From assembly GCA_037190965.1 (NCBI GenBank), contig JBBCKI010000017.1:1-27113 (forward strand): a stretch of DNA of 27,113 bases. Reading direction: 5' to 3'. The notes below the pieces were generated by a model that was not told the origin of the DNA, did no database searches, and saw only the letters and a list, made by a program, of their open reading frames with translations. Made by a program: the position numbers and the translations under genes. The DNA is from Chthoniobacteraceae bacterium. GTDB lineage: Bacteria; Verrucomicrobiota; Verrucomicrobiia; Chthoniobacterales; Chthoniobacteraceae. Shown one piece after another: positions 1 to 8,265 of the stretch (position 1 is its first letter; each line of letters starts with the position of its first letter).

Positions 1-140
1 CTCGACATTCTTAAACCCCTTGATCGCATTTTTCTACACCGTGGACCGAAACGGCGTGAAGTTCCACTGTTTGAACCCTCATTGACCTTCGATGCCCTCG
101 GTGCTTTCAGTGCTCGCCGGGGGTGTTTTCACACAGTCTC
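1..140. mobile_element. Probable terminal segment of an IS (IS1182/IS5-like), truncated by the window edge
   Basis: Ends in GGGTGTTTTCACACAGTCTC (121-140; reverse complement GAGACTGTGTGAAAAC), which resembles IS1182/IS5-type terminal inverted repeats. It directly abuts a half REP palindrome. No transposase or second IR is visible. Confidence 0.5.
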
Positions 141-156
141 AAAGTTTGGGAACGAG
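141..156. repeat. Right-hand remnant of a CTCGTTCCCAAAC-type palindromic repeat
   Basis: GTTTGGGAACGAG (144-156) is the exact reverse complement of CTCGTTCCCAAAC at 13437-13449. The matching left arm is absent. Confidence 0.7.
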
Positions 157-180
157 GGAAATTTTCCCTGTTACCAGGTA

Positions 181-1890
181 CTAGCGGTCGTCCCGCTTCT
201 TTTTCCCCTTGCCTTCGTCAGGAGCAGATGACCGCTTCTCTTGTTTGAAACGGGCTTGATCGTTTGAGCGGTTCCGGTCGTTTTCCCGCCGCTGCTTCTT
301 TTCGCTGTCGCGCTGCATCCCTTCCATTTGCTGACGCTGTTGACGGAAGTTCCGCTCAGCCTGCCGTTCTGCATCGCGTTGGCGCTGCTGCTCGCCATCA
401 CGGCGGGCACGCTCCATTTGCTGTTGCTGGCGGGCGTTTTGTTCGGCCTGGCGTTGCTGATCACGCTGGCGTTCGCGCTCGATATCGCGCTGGCGCTGCT
501 GCTCGCCATCACGGCGGGCGCGCTCCATTTGCTGTTGCTGGCGGGCGTTTTGTTCGGCCTGGCGCTGCTGATCACGTTGGCGTTCGCGTTCGATATCGCG
601 CTGGCGTTGCTCTTCACCGTCGCGGCGGGCGCGTTCCACCTGCCGGGCCTGCTCCTGCTCGCGGGAAGGCTTCTCCTCACGCTGACGACGCGATTCATCC
701 TCTCCACGGACCCGCTCCACCCTCTGCGGTTCTGGTGTGGAGGTCTTGTTTCGTTCGCCGGAGTCGGGGCGATTGGAGCGTTCCGGGCGCTGATTGCCGC
801 GGGCTTCCTCGGTGCGTCCCGGGTTGAAGGGCTCCAATTTGTCGTCCCGATTGCGGCGAGGGTCGGCATTTTGATTTCTATCCGACCGCCGGTCGGCTTT
901 CCCGTTCTTGGAACTGTTCGACGCAATCACCTCTTCAACCGTCTTCTCGTCCACCGGCCGGGCGGGGGCGTTTTTGCGCGAGAGTCCCTTGGTATCGTCC
1001 CTCATCTTCTCCTCGATCTTGCGTCTGACCGTCGGATCGGCGATGCCGTCCCATCCCTTGTCGACTTTCGCTTTCTCGATCCGGCGGCTCACGCGAGGCG
1101 GCTTGCCAGGCTGCTCTGACCGGTCGATCACCGGGGCTTCGACCACGAGGCCGTTCCCCACCCGCTGCGGGCGCGACATTTTGCCGTCGCGGCGGCGGTC
1201 CCAGTCGGTGCGGCGCTCCAGCTTGAGCGTCTCAATGCGGCGATTGGATTTCGCGGAGATTTTCCGGTAGTCCGGCCCGCCGTTGTAAACCCATGATTTA
1301 TGCTTGTTGACGGTAATATTGGTGATGTTCACCGTCTTGTTGATGATAGTGACATTGTGGCTGCGCCGCACGATGACGTTGCGCAGGACGGGCGCACCGA
1401 AGTGGCGCGTTTCGCAGAAAGAGTAGTAGCCGGGGCCGATGTTGTAGTCTCGGTCCGCCCAGACGCTGATACCCACGGCGGCGTCCCACCGGGCTTCAGG
1501 AGGCAGCGGGGCCCAGCCGACGTAGTCGTCGCTGTACCGCCAGGAGACCCAGGCGGGAGCCCACTCGTAGTCGGGCTTCCAAATCCAGCCAACCCTATCC
1601 AGCCGCACCCAGCGGCCATAATGGTAGGTGATCGGGCCGAAGTCTTCATAGGAAACCCAGGTCCAGCCCGCGTCGGTGTAGGCCCAGTAGCCGTCCGTGT
1701 AGGGCGCCCACTCTTCGTCCATCCCGGAGGGACGCCAGCAATAGCCGTACCCGTCGGTCTCGACCCATTCGCCGTGAGAGCTCAGGTTATCGTAAAAGAA
1801 GTTGAAAGAGACGCTCGCGCCCGATTCCCGGGGAAAAAGAACGGCCAGAAAAGCCGCGAGCATAAGGAGGAGGACGGGGGTTCGTTTCAT
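181..1890 (-). CDS. Secreted DUF6600-like (W/Y/G/P-rich) protein with a charged low-complexity C-terminal tail
   Basis: ATG at 1890 begins a signal-peptide-like MKRTPVLLLMLAAFLAVLF. Motifs FYDNLSSHGEW, WAPYTDGYWAYTDAGWTWVS, YHYGRW and WAPAWVSW...VGWAPLPP follow, then an R/Q/E-rich tail. Confidence 0.8.
   Translation of the reverse strand: MKRTPVLLLMLAAFLAVLFPRESGASVSFNFFYDNLSSHGEWVETDGYGYCWRPSGMDEEWAPYTDGYWAYTDAGWTWVSYEDFGPITYHYGRWVRLDRVGWIWKPDYEWAPAWVSWRYSDDYVGWAPLPPEARWDAAVGISVWADRDYNIGPGYYSFCETRHFGAPVLRNVIVRRSHNVTIINKTVNITNITVNKHKSWVYNGGPDYRKISAKSNRRIETLKLERRTDWDRRRDGKMSRPQRVGNGLVVEAPVIDRSEQPGKPPRVSRRIEKAKVDKGWDGIADPTVRRKIEEKMRDDTKGLSRKNAPARPVDEKTVEEVIASNSSKNGKADRRSDRNQNADPRRNRDDKLEPFNPGRTEEARGNQRPERSNRPDSGERNKTSTPEPQRVERVRGEDESRRQREEKPSREQEQARQVERARRDGEEQRQRDIERERQRDQQRQAEQNARQQQQMERARRDGEQQRQRDIERERQRDQQRQAEQNARQQQQMERARRDGEQQRQRDAERQAERNFRQQRQQMEGMQRDSEKKQRRENDRNRSNDQARFKQEKRSSAPDEGKGKKKRDDR
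370..640 (-). repeat. Intragenic 111-bp (37-aa) tandem repeat, about 2.4 copies
   Basis: GATATCGCGCTGGCG occurs at 481 and 592 (111 bp apart). Peptide unit ERARRDGE(E/Q)QRQRDIERERQRDQQRQAEQNARQQQQM. Boundaries are approximate. Confidence 0.9.
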
Positions 1891-2072
1891 AGGGAGGTCA
1901 GTGCGATTTGCCAAACATAAGACCGTTCTTTCCGGTTTTCATTCAATTTTGCAGGAGGAATTTTTGGGAAAATGTCGGTGTAAGGAACCACTGATTAAAG
2001 AGAGCTACGCCGCAAGCTGGTCATTTTGGCGTGATTTCTTTCCCTTTTCCCGAAGAAAACGTAGACTGGAGC

Positions 2073-2462
2073 ATGGACAAAAAGCTCGCGAAGGGGCTCT
2101 CCAAAGCAGGCATCGATGGCGCCCGAAGGCATCTCTTCGTCTGTATCGGCCCGGATTGCTGCAGTTGCCGCGAGGGGGAACACCTCTGGGAGACGATCAA
2201 ACATCGTGTCAAGGAGAGCGGCGTGCCCGTGATGCGCACCAAGGCGGGCTGCTTCCGCATCTGTGTGGATGGCCCGTGGCTGGTTGTTTATCCCGAAGGA
2301 TGCTGGTATTCCCGGGTCACCCCGGCGCGGTTCGAGAAGATCTTTGAGCAGCATGTCATTGGAGGCAAGCCGGTGGAAGAGTGGGTGGTCGCCCGGAATG
2401 ATCTGGGGTGTGGAGGTTCGGTTCCATGCTCGCCCGACCATAAAAACAGCCTTATCTCATGA
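2073..2462 (+). CDS. Thioredoxin-like (2Fe-2S) ferredoxin
   Basis: RHLFVCxxxxCC and RTKAGCFRICVDGPWLVVYPEGCWY motifs; GGAG immediately before ATG 2073. Confidence 0.85.
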   Translation: MDKKLAKGLSKAGIDGARRHLFVCIGPDCCSCREGEHLWETIKHRVKESGVPVMRTKAGCFRICVDGPWLVVYPEGCWYSRVTPARFEKIFEQHVIGGKPVEEWVVARNDLGCGGSVPCSPDHKNSLIS

Positions 2463-3241
2463 AAATGCCCACTCTCTTGCGAATCTGCTGTGCTTTTCTC
2501 GCGCTGACCGTGGCGGCCTTTGCCGCAAACCCGCCGCTCATTGTCGGCATGGAGATGAGCTATCCTCCCTTTGAGATGACGGACAAGCAGGGGAAACCGG
2601 AGGGCGTCAGTGTTGACCTCGCCAACGCCTTGGGGAAAGCGCTGGATCGCCCCGTCGTGATTGAGAACATCGCGTTCGGGGGGCTGATCCCGGCTCTCAA
2701 GACGGGCAAGATCGATTGCATCATTTCCTCAATGACCTCCACGCCGGAGAGGGCTCGCGCCATCGACTTTTCCGACCCCTATGTGAAGACGGGGCTTTGT
2801 CTTCTGGTGGGGAAAGACTCGGGCATCGAAAAACTCGAAGACGCCGACCAACCCGGGCGCACGGTGGTGGTGAAGATCGATACCACCGGGCATTTGTTTG
2901 CCTCGCGGCAGATCAAGAAAGCCAAGGTGCTCGTTCTCGACAAGGAGACCCGCTGCGTGTTGGAAGTGGCGCAGGGAAAGGCGGACGCCTTCATTTACGA
3001 TCAGATGTCCACCTATGCGAACTGGCGCAAAAACCAGGAAACAACACGCCCCCTGCTAACCCCGTTCAAGGAAGAAGCTTGGGCCATCGGGATCCGCAAG
3101 GGGAACGACGCACTGCGAGAGCAGGTGAACCGCTTTCTGGCCGACTTCCGCGCAGAGGGTGGCTTCGAAAAATTGGGCGATAAATGGCTCTCCGAGCAAA
3201 AAGCGGAATTCAAGAAACGTGGCATCCCTTTTTATTTTTGA
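2459..3241 (+). CDS. Polar amino-acid ABC transporter substrate-binding protein (SBP family 3)
   Basis: Signal peptide, then LIVGMEMSYPPFE, GLIPALKTGKIDCIISSMTSTPERARAIDFSDPY and GKADAFIYD. ATGA overlap with the ferredoxin stop. Confidence 0.92.
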   Translation: MKMPTLLRICCAFLALTVAAFAANPPLIVGMEMSYPPFEMTDKQGKPEGVSVDLANALGKALDRPVVIENIAFGGLIPALKTGKIDCIISSMTSTPERARAIDFSDPYVKTGLCLLVGKDSGIEKLEDADQPGRTVVVKIDTTGHLFASRQIKKAKVLVLDKETRCVLEVAQGKADAFIYDQMSTYANWRKNQETTRPLLTPFKEEAWAIGIRKGNDALREQVNRFLADFRAEGGFEKLGDKWLSEQKAEFKKRGIPFYF

Positions 3242-5616
3242 ACGCCGGGCGCTTCGATAAGCGCGAGACGTTCCAACCCAAAACCCAGGATTGGCTCTTT
3301 CGCCTTCAGGGTGATGATCAGCTCCCTGTGGGCAATCCGTTCCCTGGGAACCATGATTTCAAAGCACTGAGGTTGCGAGGAATCCATCTTCCAGGAGGTC
3401 GCCGCCTTGCCGTTGATTTCCACGCGGACAAGCCCCTCGAGAACCGTCTTTTGCTCCGTCGGCCGTACGAAGATTCTTAGCAGGAGATCGCTGGTGCCAC
3501 GGCGAGGGAGTTGCAACGATAACGATGCCTCCGGCCCTTCGAACGGGGTTCCCCATGGTTGCGCCTGACCCCAGCCGTCTTTTGCGAACCAGATTCCCCT
3601 CCCCGAATCGTCGAACCGGATTTCTTCGCCCATTGCAATCTTGTTCCTGGCACTCATTCGTCGGCGCCATTTTGAAAGTGGGTGCCACAGACGGTGGCAG
3701 GCATTCGCGGCGTCGCGGTAGAGCGAGGGCTGAACTAGCGAACCGGCTTTTACCCCGAGGCTCATTGGCTTGCTGGGAGATGCTTCGTCCTTCTGGCCGC
3801 CCAAGCCCGTTGGCAGGGGCTGCTCGATCTCGAAAGAGGCCGTCAGCGCACGTCTCCCAAGCCGGTTGCCGGGAATGGGGATGCTTAACCAGCGGTATTT
3901 GTCGTTGTCCAGTTCCCAGGTGGTTGCATATTGGCCATCCACCAAGACTTTCACCCGCATCACGCTCCCTTTTCCTGCGTCGTCCTTCCGGGTCGGGCGT
4001 CTCCGCGCGAAGAGTCGCAGGGAAAGAGCTTTTTGGGTCGGTTCCTCCATTCGGAAAAAGAGAGTGGAGCAGGACCCTTCGGTCCAGGTCCCCCAGGCCT
4101 CCGGCTTGCCCCATCCGCTTTTGGCGAACAGGCGGCCTTCACCCAAACAGTCAAAGCGGATCTCTCGCCCGAGAGAATACCGGGGGCTCCAGTCGGCGCT
4201 TGGCGGAGGGGGAGCGGCGCGAAGTTGACTGAGGGTATTGGGATCAAAGACAGCCATGGCCAGAAGGCGGCTGTCCCCAATGAACCGCACCTCGATGATG
4301 GCTTCCACGGGCTTGTTCCCGGACGCCAACTCGTTTTCGATGAGCGTCAAAATGACAGGCCGCGAAGTCATCAGGATCTGGATGAAGGCGCTCGCGCAGA
4401 CCATAATTCCACCCTCGTTGACGCTTAGCACCCGTCGCAATGTTGCGGGCTCGAAATGTCGCGGCTCGCCTTCGGCAAAGACGATCGTGATCTTGCCGAC
4501 CTCCAGGATGCCCGGCTCACCGCGGATCCCTAGATCGAGCCGATGACTTGCCTTCAGTCCCTCCAAAGGGAGATGCACCGCGATAAAGTTTGAGGTATTC
4601 CCCTCCACCTTTTGAAGGTGACTATGATTCAAGCCGTTTTCATCGCAGAGCGACAGGGAGACCACGGCTTGATCTTGTTGGGAATCGCCGCCGGGTGAAA
4701 GGCGCGCGAGATTTTCGCCCAGATCGAGGATGTCTTTGATGAGTTGATCGGTGTCGTGTCTTGCCGGGGTATGGCACAAAGGGCCGCCCCGGTATTCGGC
4801 AGGATCAATAGTCAGCGGGGCTTCTCCTCCGCCTGCACCCACCCAGGAGGCGCGCAGACTGCAAAAATCCTTCACAAACGCGGAGTAATTGGCGCGCATT
4901 TTGCGATACGGTTTTTCATAGTGATCCGAGTTATTGCTTTGCGAGGCTCTGAATCGGTGTTTTTGAAAAATCCGCGAAACCAGTTTGCTGGCGAATTGGC
5001 TAGGCTGCCGGATCGGAAAATGGGCAAGCCAGCCGTTTTTGATTTTCCGGTAAGGGGCTTCAAATCCGTTGATCGTGAGGAGATGGTTGCCCTTCTCGAT
5101 GAAGGCGCCTTCTCGTAGCGCCAGTTCCCTCGGGACGATGATCTTGAACGACCAGAAGCGTCTCTCGCGTGATTCATCCACGGCTTCACGATGGGTGAGC
5201 CGTTCCACAGGATTGACGATGTCGGGGCAGTTGTCCGGCTGGGCTACATAATTTTCAAGGGGAACCCTGACGCAGTACGGTTCCTCCGTGGGTTTGAGGG
5301 CTTGCAAGGACTCGATCACGGGGCCTTGCAGGAATTCGTCGGAATCCAGACAAACAATCCAGTCGGCGCCCAGTTCGAGCGCGGCCATTTTCATCATCCG
5401 GGTCATGAAGGCCGCCTGCAGAATTCCTATCGTCGAATCCCACAAGACCTGTAGCGGAAGCCCTTCGTTCTTCAAAGATTGGAGAATCTCCGAGGTCGCG
5501 TCGGTGCTTCCGTGATTCATCAGAATCAAGTGATCGCAATAGCTGAGGGTATGCCGTACAAAGGCTTCGATAATGTCCTGTTCATTGCGAGCGGCTGCGA
5601 TGGCGACGATGGGCAT
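3232..5616 (-). CDS. Multidomain family 2 glycosyltransferase with two repeated C-terminal domains
   Basis: N-terminal ARNEQDIIEAFVRHTL...NHGSTDAT...ADWIVCLDSDEFL (GT-A DxD motif). Two C-terminal copies of GxEIRFDxxGxGxxFAKxGWGxxxxWGT. Confidence 0.85.
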   Translation of the reverse strand: MPIVAIAAARNEQDIIEAFVRHTLSYCDHLILMNHGSTDATSEILQSLKNEGLPLQVLWDSTIGILQAAFMTRMMKMAALELGADWIVCLDSDEFLQGPVIESLQALKPTEEPYCVRVPLENYVAQPDNCPDIVNPVERLTHREAVDESRERRFWSFKIIVPRELALREGAFIEKGNHLLTINGFEAPYRKIKNGWLAHFPIRQPSQFASKLVSRIFQKHRFRASQSNNSDHYEKPYRKMRANYSAFVKDFCSLRASWVGAGGGEAPLTIDPAEYRGGPLCHTPARHDTDQLIKDILDLGENLARLSPGGDSQQDQAVVSLSLCDENGLNHSHLQKVEGNTSNFIAVHLPLEGLKASHRLDLGIRGEPGILEVGKITIVFAEGEPRHFEPATLRRVLSVNEGGIMVCASAFIQILMTSRPVILTLIENELASGNKPVEAIIEVRFIGDSRLLAMAVFDPNTLSQLRAAPPPPSADWSPRYSLGREIRFDCLGEGRLFAKSGWGKPEAWGTWTEGSCSTLFFRMEEPTQKALSLRLFARRRPTRKDDAGKGSVMRVKVLVDGQYATTWELDNDKYRWLSIPIPGNRLGRRALTASFEIEQPLPTGLGGQKDEASPSKPMSLGVKAGSLVQPSLYRDAANACHRLWHPLSKWRRRMSARNKIAMGEEIRFDDSGRGIWFAKDGWGQAQPWGTPFEGPEASLSLQLPRRGTSDLLLRIFVRPTEQKTVLEGLVRVEINGKAATSWKMDSSQPQCFEIMVPRERIAHRELIITLKAKEPILGFGLERLALIEAPGVQK

Positions 5617-5721
5617 CTCTCATTTCAGGGTGAATGGCCTCCGTCATTCAACCTGACCGGCTTTTCAAGCATTTCCCGGACCAGTTGCCGGGGTATCCCT
5701 TATTGGACGGTGGGATTTTTT

Positions 5722-7056
5722 CTACTTGAAGAATCGTCGAAGCACTTCCCGTTCGGCGGGGGGAAGTTCGTTCTTCCAAACCGCCTCTCCGCCCGCTCCC
5801 GCCGAAGCACTGCCTCCCGCGCTTGGACCGCGATACTCGGCAGGATCGACCTTATGCTCGCTGGCCGAAAGGGAGAGCAGGTCTCCCGGGGCCGTTCGTT
5901 CCGGGCCGGAGCCCTCGAGCGCCTCAAGCTTTTCGGGGTTGAGCGTGACGGGGGCGTTCTTGAGCCCGAGCGGATCATGCCCGCCACCCGGCCCGGGCTG
6001 GCCCGACGCGCCCTCACCTTCCGGGTCGCCCGGTTCATTGCCCGGAGCGCCTGGTCTGTTTCCTTTTGCCTGACGCATCCTCGCTTGCATCTCCGCGAGC
6101 GCGTCGCTCACTTTTCCGAGCGCCGCTTGGCTGGCATTTGCTTTGCGGGAGAGCGCTTCCTGCATTTTCTGGAGCTGCTCGGGGGAGAGCTGTCCCGCGG
6201 AGGCCGGATTGAATTCCCGCAGTTTGCCCAGTTCGGTCTTCCCCAGCGGAAGCGCGCCCGATTCCAGTCCCTGCATGACGTCTTTCCATTGGGCGGCGGT
6301 CGCCGAGGCGTCGAGCGACTGGGGCGAGTTCTGGTGACGCGAAAGCGTTTGCGCGGCGGCTTCCAGGTGGCGCTCCAACGCGGCGATGGCATTGGCGGCC
6401 TCATGACGCAAGGCGTCGCCGGCTTCCAGACTCCCTTGGGAATACCAGGCTTCCAGCGGTTGCGAGCGCAACGCGTCGAGCTTCTGCTCCATCGCCTCGA
6501 TGGCATCGGGGTCGGCGGCATTCTCCTGTTTCAGGTCGTCCAGTGCCGCAGCGATCTGCTCCCAGGCAAGTGGTTGCTCGACCTTGGGAGGAGAGGCGAA
6601 ATCGCGGGAAATGGGGAATAGCGCCGCTGCCGCGAGGAAGGCCACGCCCAAAAGCGGTGGAAGGAGCAGGCGCGTCCACCGCCACCGGAAGTGGTCGTCG
6701 AGCCTTTCTGGGGTCTCGGGAACGGCGGGCCAGCTTCCGACTCCCTGAGCCGCGCTGCTCAGGCGGTTGCGAAGATTCAGCATGGCCTCCAGCCGGACAA
6801 GCCCGTCCGCGCCCGTAAACCAGTTTCGTCGCGCCTGCCGCCAGCCGATCCAGCCGATGACAAGGAGGAGAACGCTCGAAATCGCGGTCACCGAGGCGAG
6901 GTTCCATTCATTGCGCCGGGCGATGAGAACCGCACACCCGGCCGCCACGCCCAAGCCCGCCACGGCGGGAGCCGTAAACCCAAGCCAGCGAGCGGCATTG
7001 ACACGCAGGGCGACCTGCCTGCCTCGTTTGAGCCAGAACTTTTCCATCGTGGGCAT
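5722..7056 (-). CDS. Hypothetical membrane protein (N-terminal TM helices, helical middle, G/P-rich tail)
   Basis: 444-aa ORF with three hydrophobic segments, an LxxRLSSA motif, an A/Q/E/L-rich helical region and a terminal LPPAEREVLRRFF. The architecture recalls proteins of MoxR/vWA-associated loci (inference). Confidence 0.7.
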   Translation of the reverse strand: MPTMEKFWLKRGRQVALRVNAARWLGFTAPAVAGLGVAAGCAVLIARRNEWNLASVTAISSVLLLVIGWIGWRQARRNWFTGADGLVRLEAMLNLRNRLSSAAQGVGSWPAVPETPERLDDHFRWRWTRLLLPPLLGVAFLAAAALFPISRDFASPPKVEQPLAWEQIAAALDDLKQENAADPDAIEAMEQKLDALRSQPLEAWYSQGSLEAGDALRHEAANAIAALERHLEAAAQTLSRHQNSPQSLDASATAAQWKDVMQGLESGALPLGKTELGKLREFNPASAGQLSPEQLQKMQEALSRKANASQAALGKVSDALAEMQARMRQAKGNRPGAPGNEPGDPEGEGASGQPGPGGGHDPLGLKNAPVTLNPEKLEALEGSGPERTAPGDLLSLSASEHKVDPAEYRGPSAGGSASAGAGGEAVWKNELPPAEREVLRRFFK

Positions 7057-7166
7057 CCATCCTATTTCAAAAGCCCGCCGCCGTCACGCATTGTCCAAGA
7101 TAAGGATGGCCATCCATTTGAAGTCATGCCTAAAAAGCGGTCTCCAAAATTTAAAAAAGAAACGCA

Positions 7167-8090
7167 ATGGAACCTATTCTGAAGAGCAAAGCAGGCGATT
7201 ATCGGTGGCATGAAAACTGGGCGGTCATTCCCGAGGCGGGGAAGGCCAACGGACGCACCCACGGGGTGGTCGTTTCCCGGGACGGTTCGGTAATCGTCTT
7301 TCATCAGGCAACGCCGGGCATTCTTATCTACAGCCCGCAAGGGGAATTGCTCCAGAGCTGGGGAGATTATCCCGGGGCTCATGGGTTGACGTTGGTCGAG
7401 GAAGACGGTGTTGAATATTTGTGGCTGGCCGATCAGTCAACGAAGAGGGTCGAAAAAACGACGCTGGCCGGCGAGGTCGTCCAATCGATCGCCCAACCCG
7501 AGCACCCGGCTTACAGCGAGGGAAAATATGTGCCCACCTGGGTGGCCGTGAATGAGGTTCGTCACGGCGGCAATGGCGATATTTGGGTGGCCGACGGTTA
7601 CGGATCCAGCCTTGTGCATCGGTTCAATGCGGCGGGGCAGTATCTGGGAACGATCGATGGTTCGGAAGGCGCGGGTCGTTTCCAGTGCCCGCACGGGATC
7701 GCCTTCGATACCCGCAAGAGCTCGCCGGAACTTTACGTGGCCGACCGGGGGAATCGCCGGGTGCAGGTTTACGATGCCAACGGATGCTTCCTGAGGGCGT
7801 TTGGCGCCGAGTTCCTGACCAGCCCCGATGGGTTTGTGATCTCAGGCGACCGGTTGATCGTCCCCGAACTCTTGGGACGCCTGACGATTCTCGACGCCAG
7901 CGATCGGTTAATCGATTCGTTGGGCAGCAACGAGGAGATCACCACGTCGGAAGGCTGGCCGAATCTGTCGCCGGTGGAAGCCGGAAAGTTCAGCAGCCCG
8001 CATGGCGCGGGAGCCGACGCCGCAGGAAATCTGTTTGTGGTGGAATGGCGCGTGGGCGGCCGGATTATCAAGCTGGAAAGGCTGAAGTAG
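7167..8090 (+). CDS. NHL-repeat beta-propeller protein (PAL-like family)
   Basis: Repeated motifs THGVVV, AHGLTL, GDIWVADGYGSSLVHRF, FQCPHGIAFD...LYVADRGNRRVQVY and FSSPHG...GNLFVVEW. Confidence 0.85.
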   Translation: MEPILKSKAGDYRWHENWAVIPEAGKANGRTHGVVVSRDGSVIVFHQATPGILIYSPQGELLQSWGDYPGAHGLTLVEEDGVEYLWLADQSTKRVEKTTLAGEVVQSIAQPEHPAYSEGKYVPTWVAVNEVRHGGNGDIWVADGYGSSLVHRFNAAGQYLGTIDGSEGAGRFQCPHGIAFDTRKSSPELYVADRGNRRVQVYDANGCFLRAFGAEFLTSPDGFVISGDRLIVPELLGRLTILDASDRLIDSLGSNEEITTSEGWPNLSPVEAGKFSSPHGAGADAAGNLFVVEWRVGGRIIKLERLK

Positions 8091-8118
8091 AGGCAAGAAG
8101 AATGGTGCGGTAGCACCC

Positions 8119-8260
8119 GTAGCCCGCTCGCGCCGTCGAGCGCGGGTACGGCGCCCGTAGCTTCATGAGGGCCGCATCCCAATACCAGTAGCCCGTCCTG
8201 CGGGGATGGCGCCAAACGCCACTCTCCACCGATCCCGCGCTCTCGGCGAGAGCGGGCTAC
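8119..8260. repeat. GTAG-type REP doublet (REPIN-like), copy 1
   Basis: Begins GTAGCCCGCTCGCGCCGTCGAGCGCGGG and ends CCCGCGCTCTCGGCGAGAGCGGGCTAC (inverted pair, each with an internal hairpin). Lies between convergent genes. Related copy at 18530. Confidence 0.85.
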
Positions 8261-8265
8261 CTGCC

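Noticed and set aside
328..1119. Plus-strand 263-aa ORF that looks like a repetitive membrane protein (LALALLLAITAG)
   Set aside because: It is the antisense shadow of the R/Q/E-rich repeat tail of the minus-strand gene; complementary codons give Leu/Ala.
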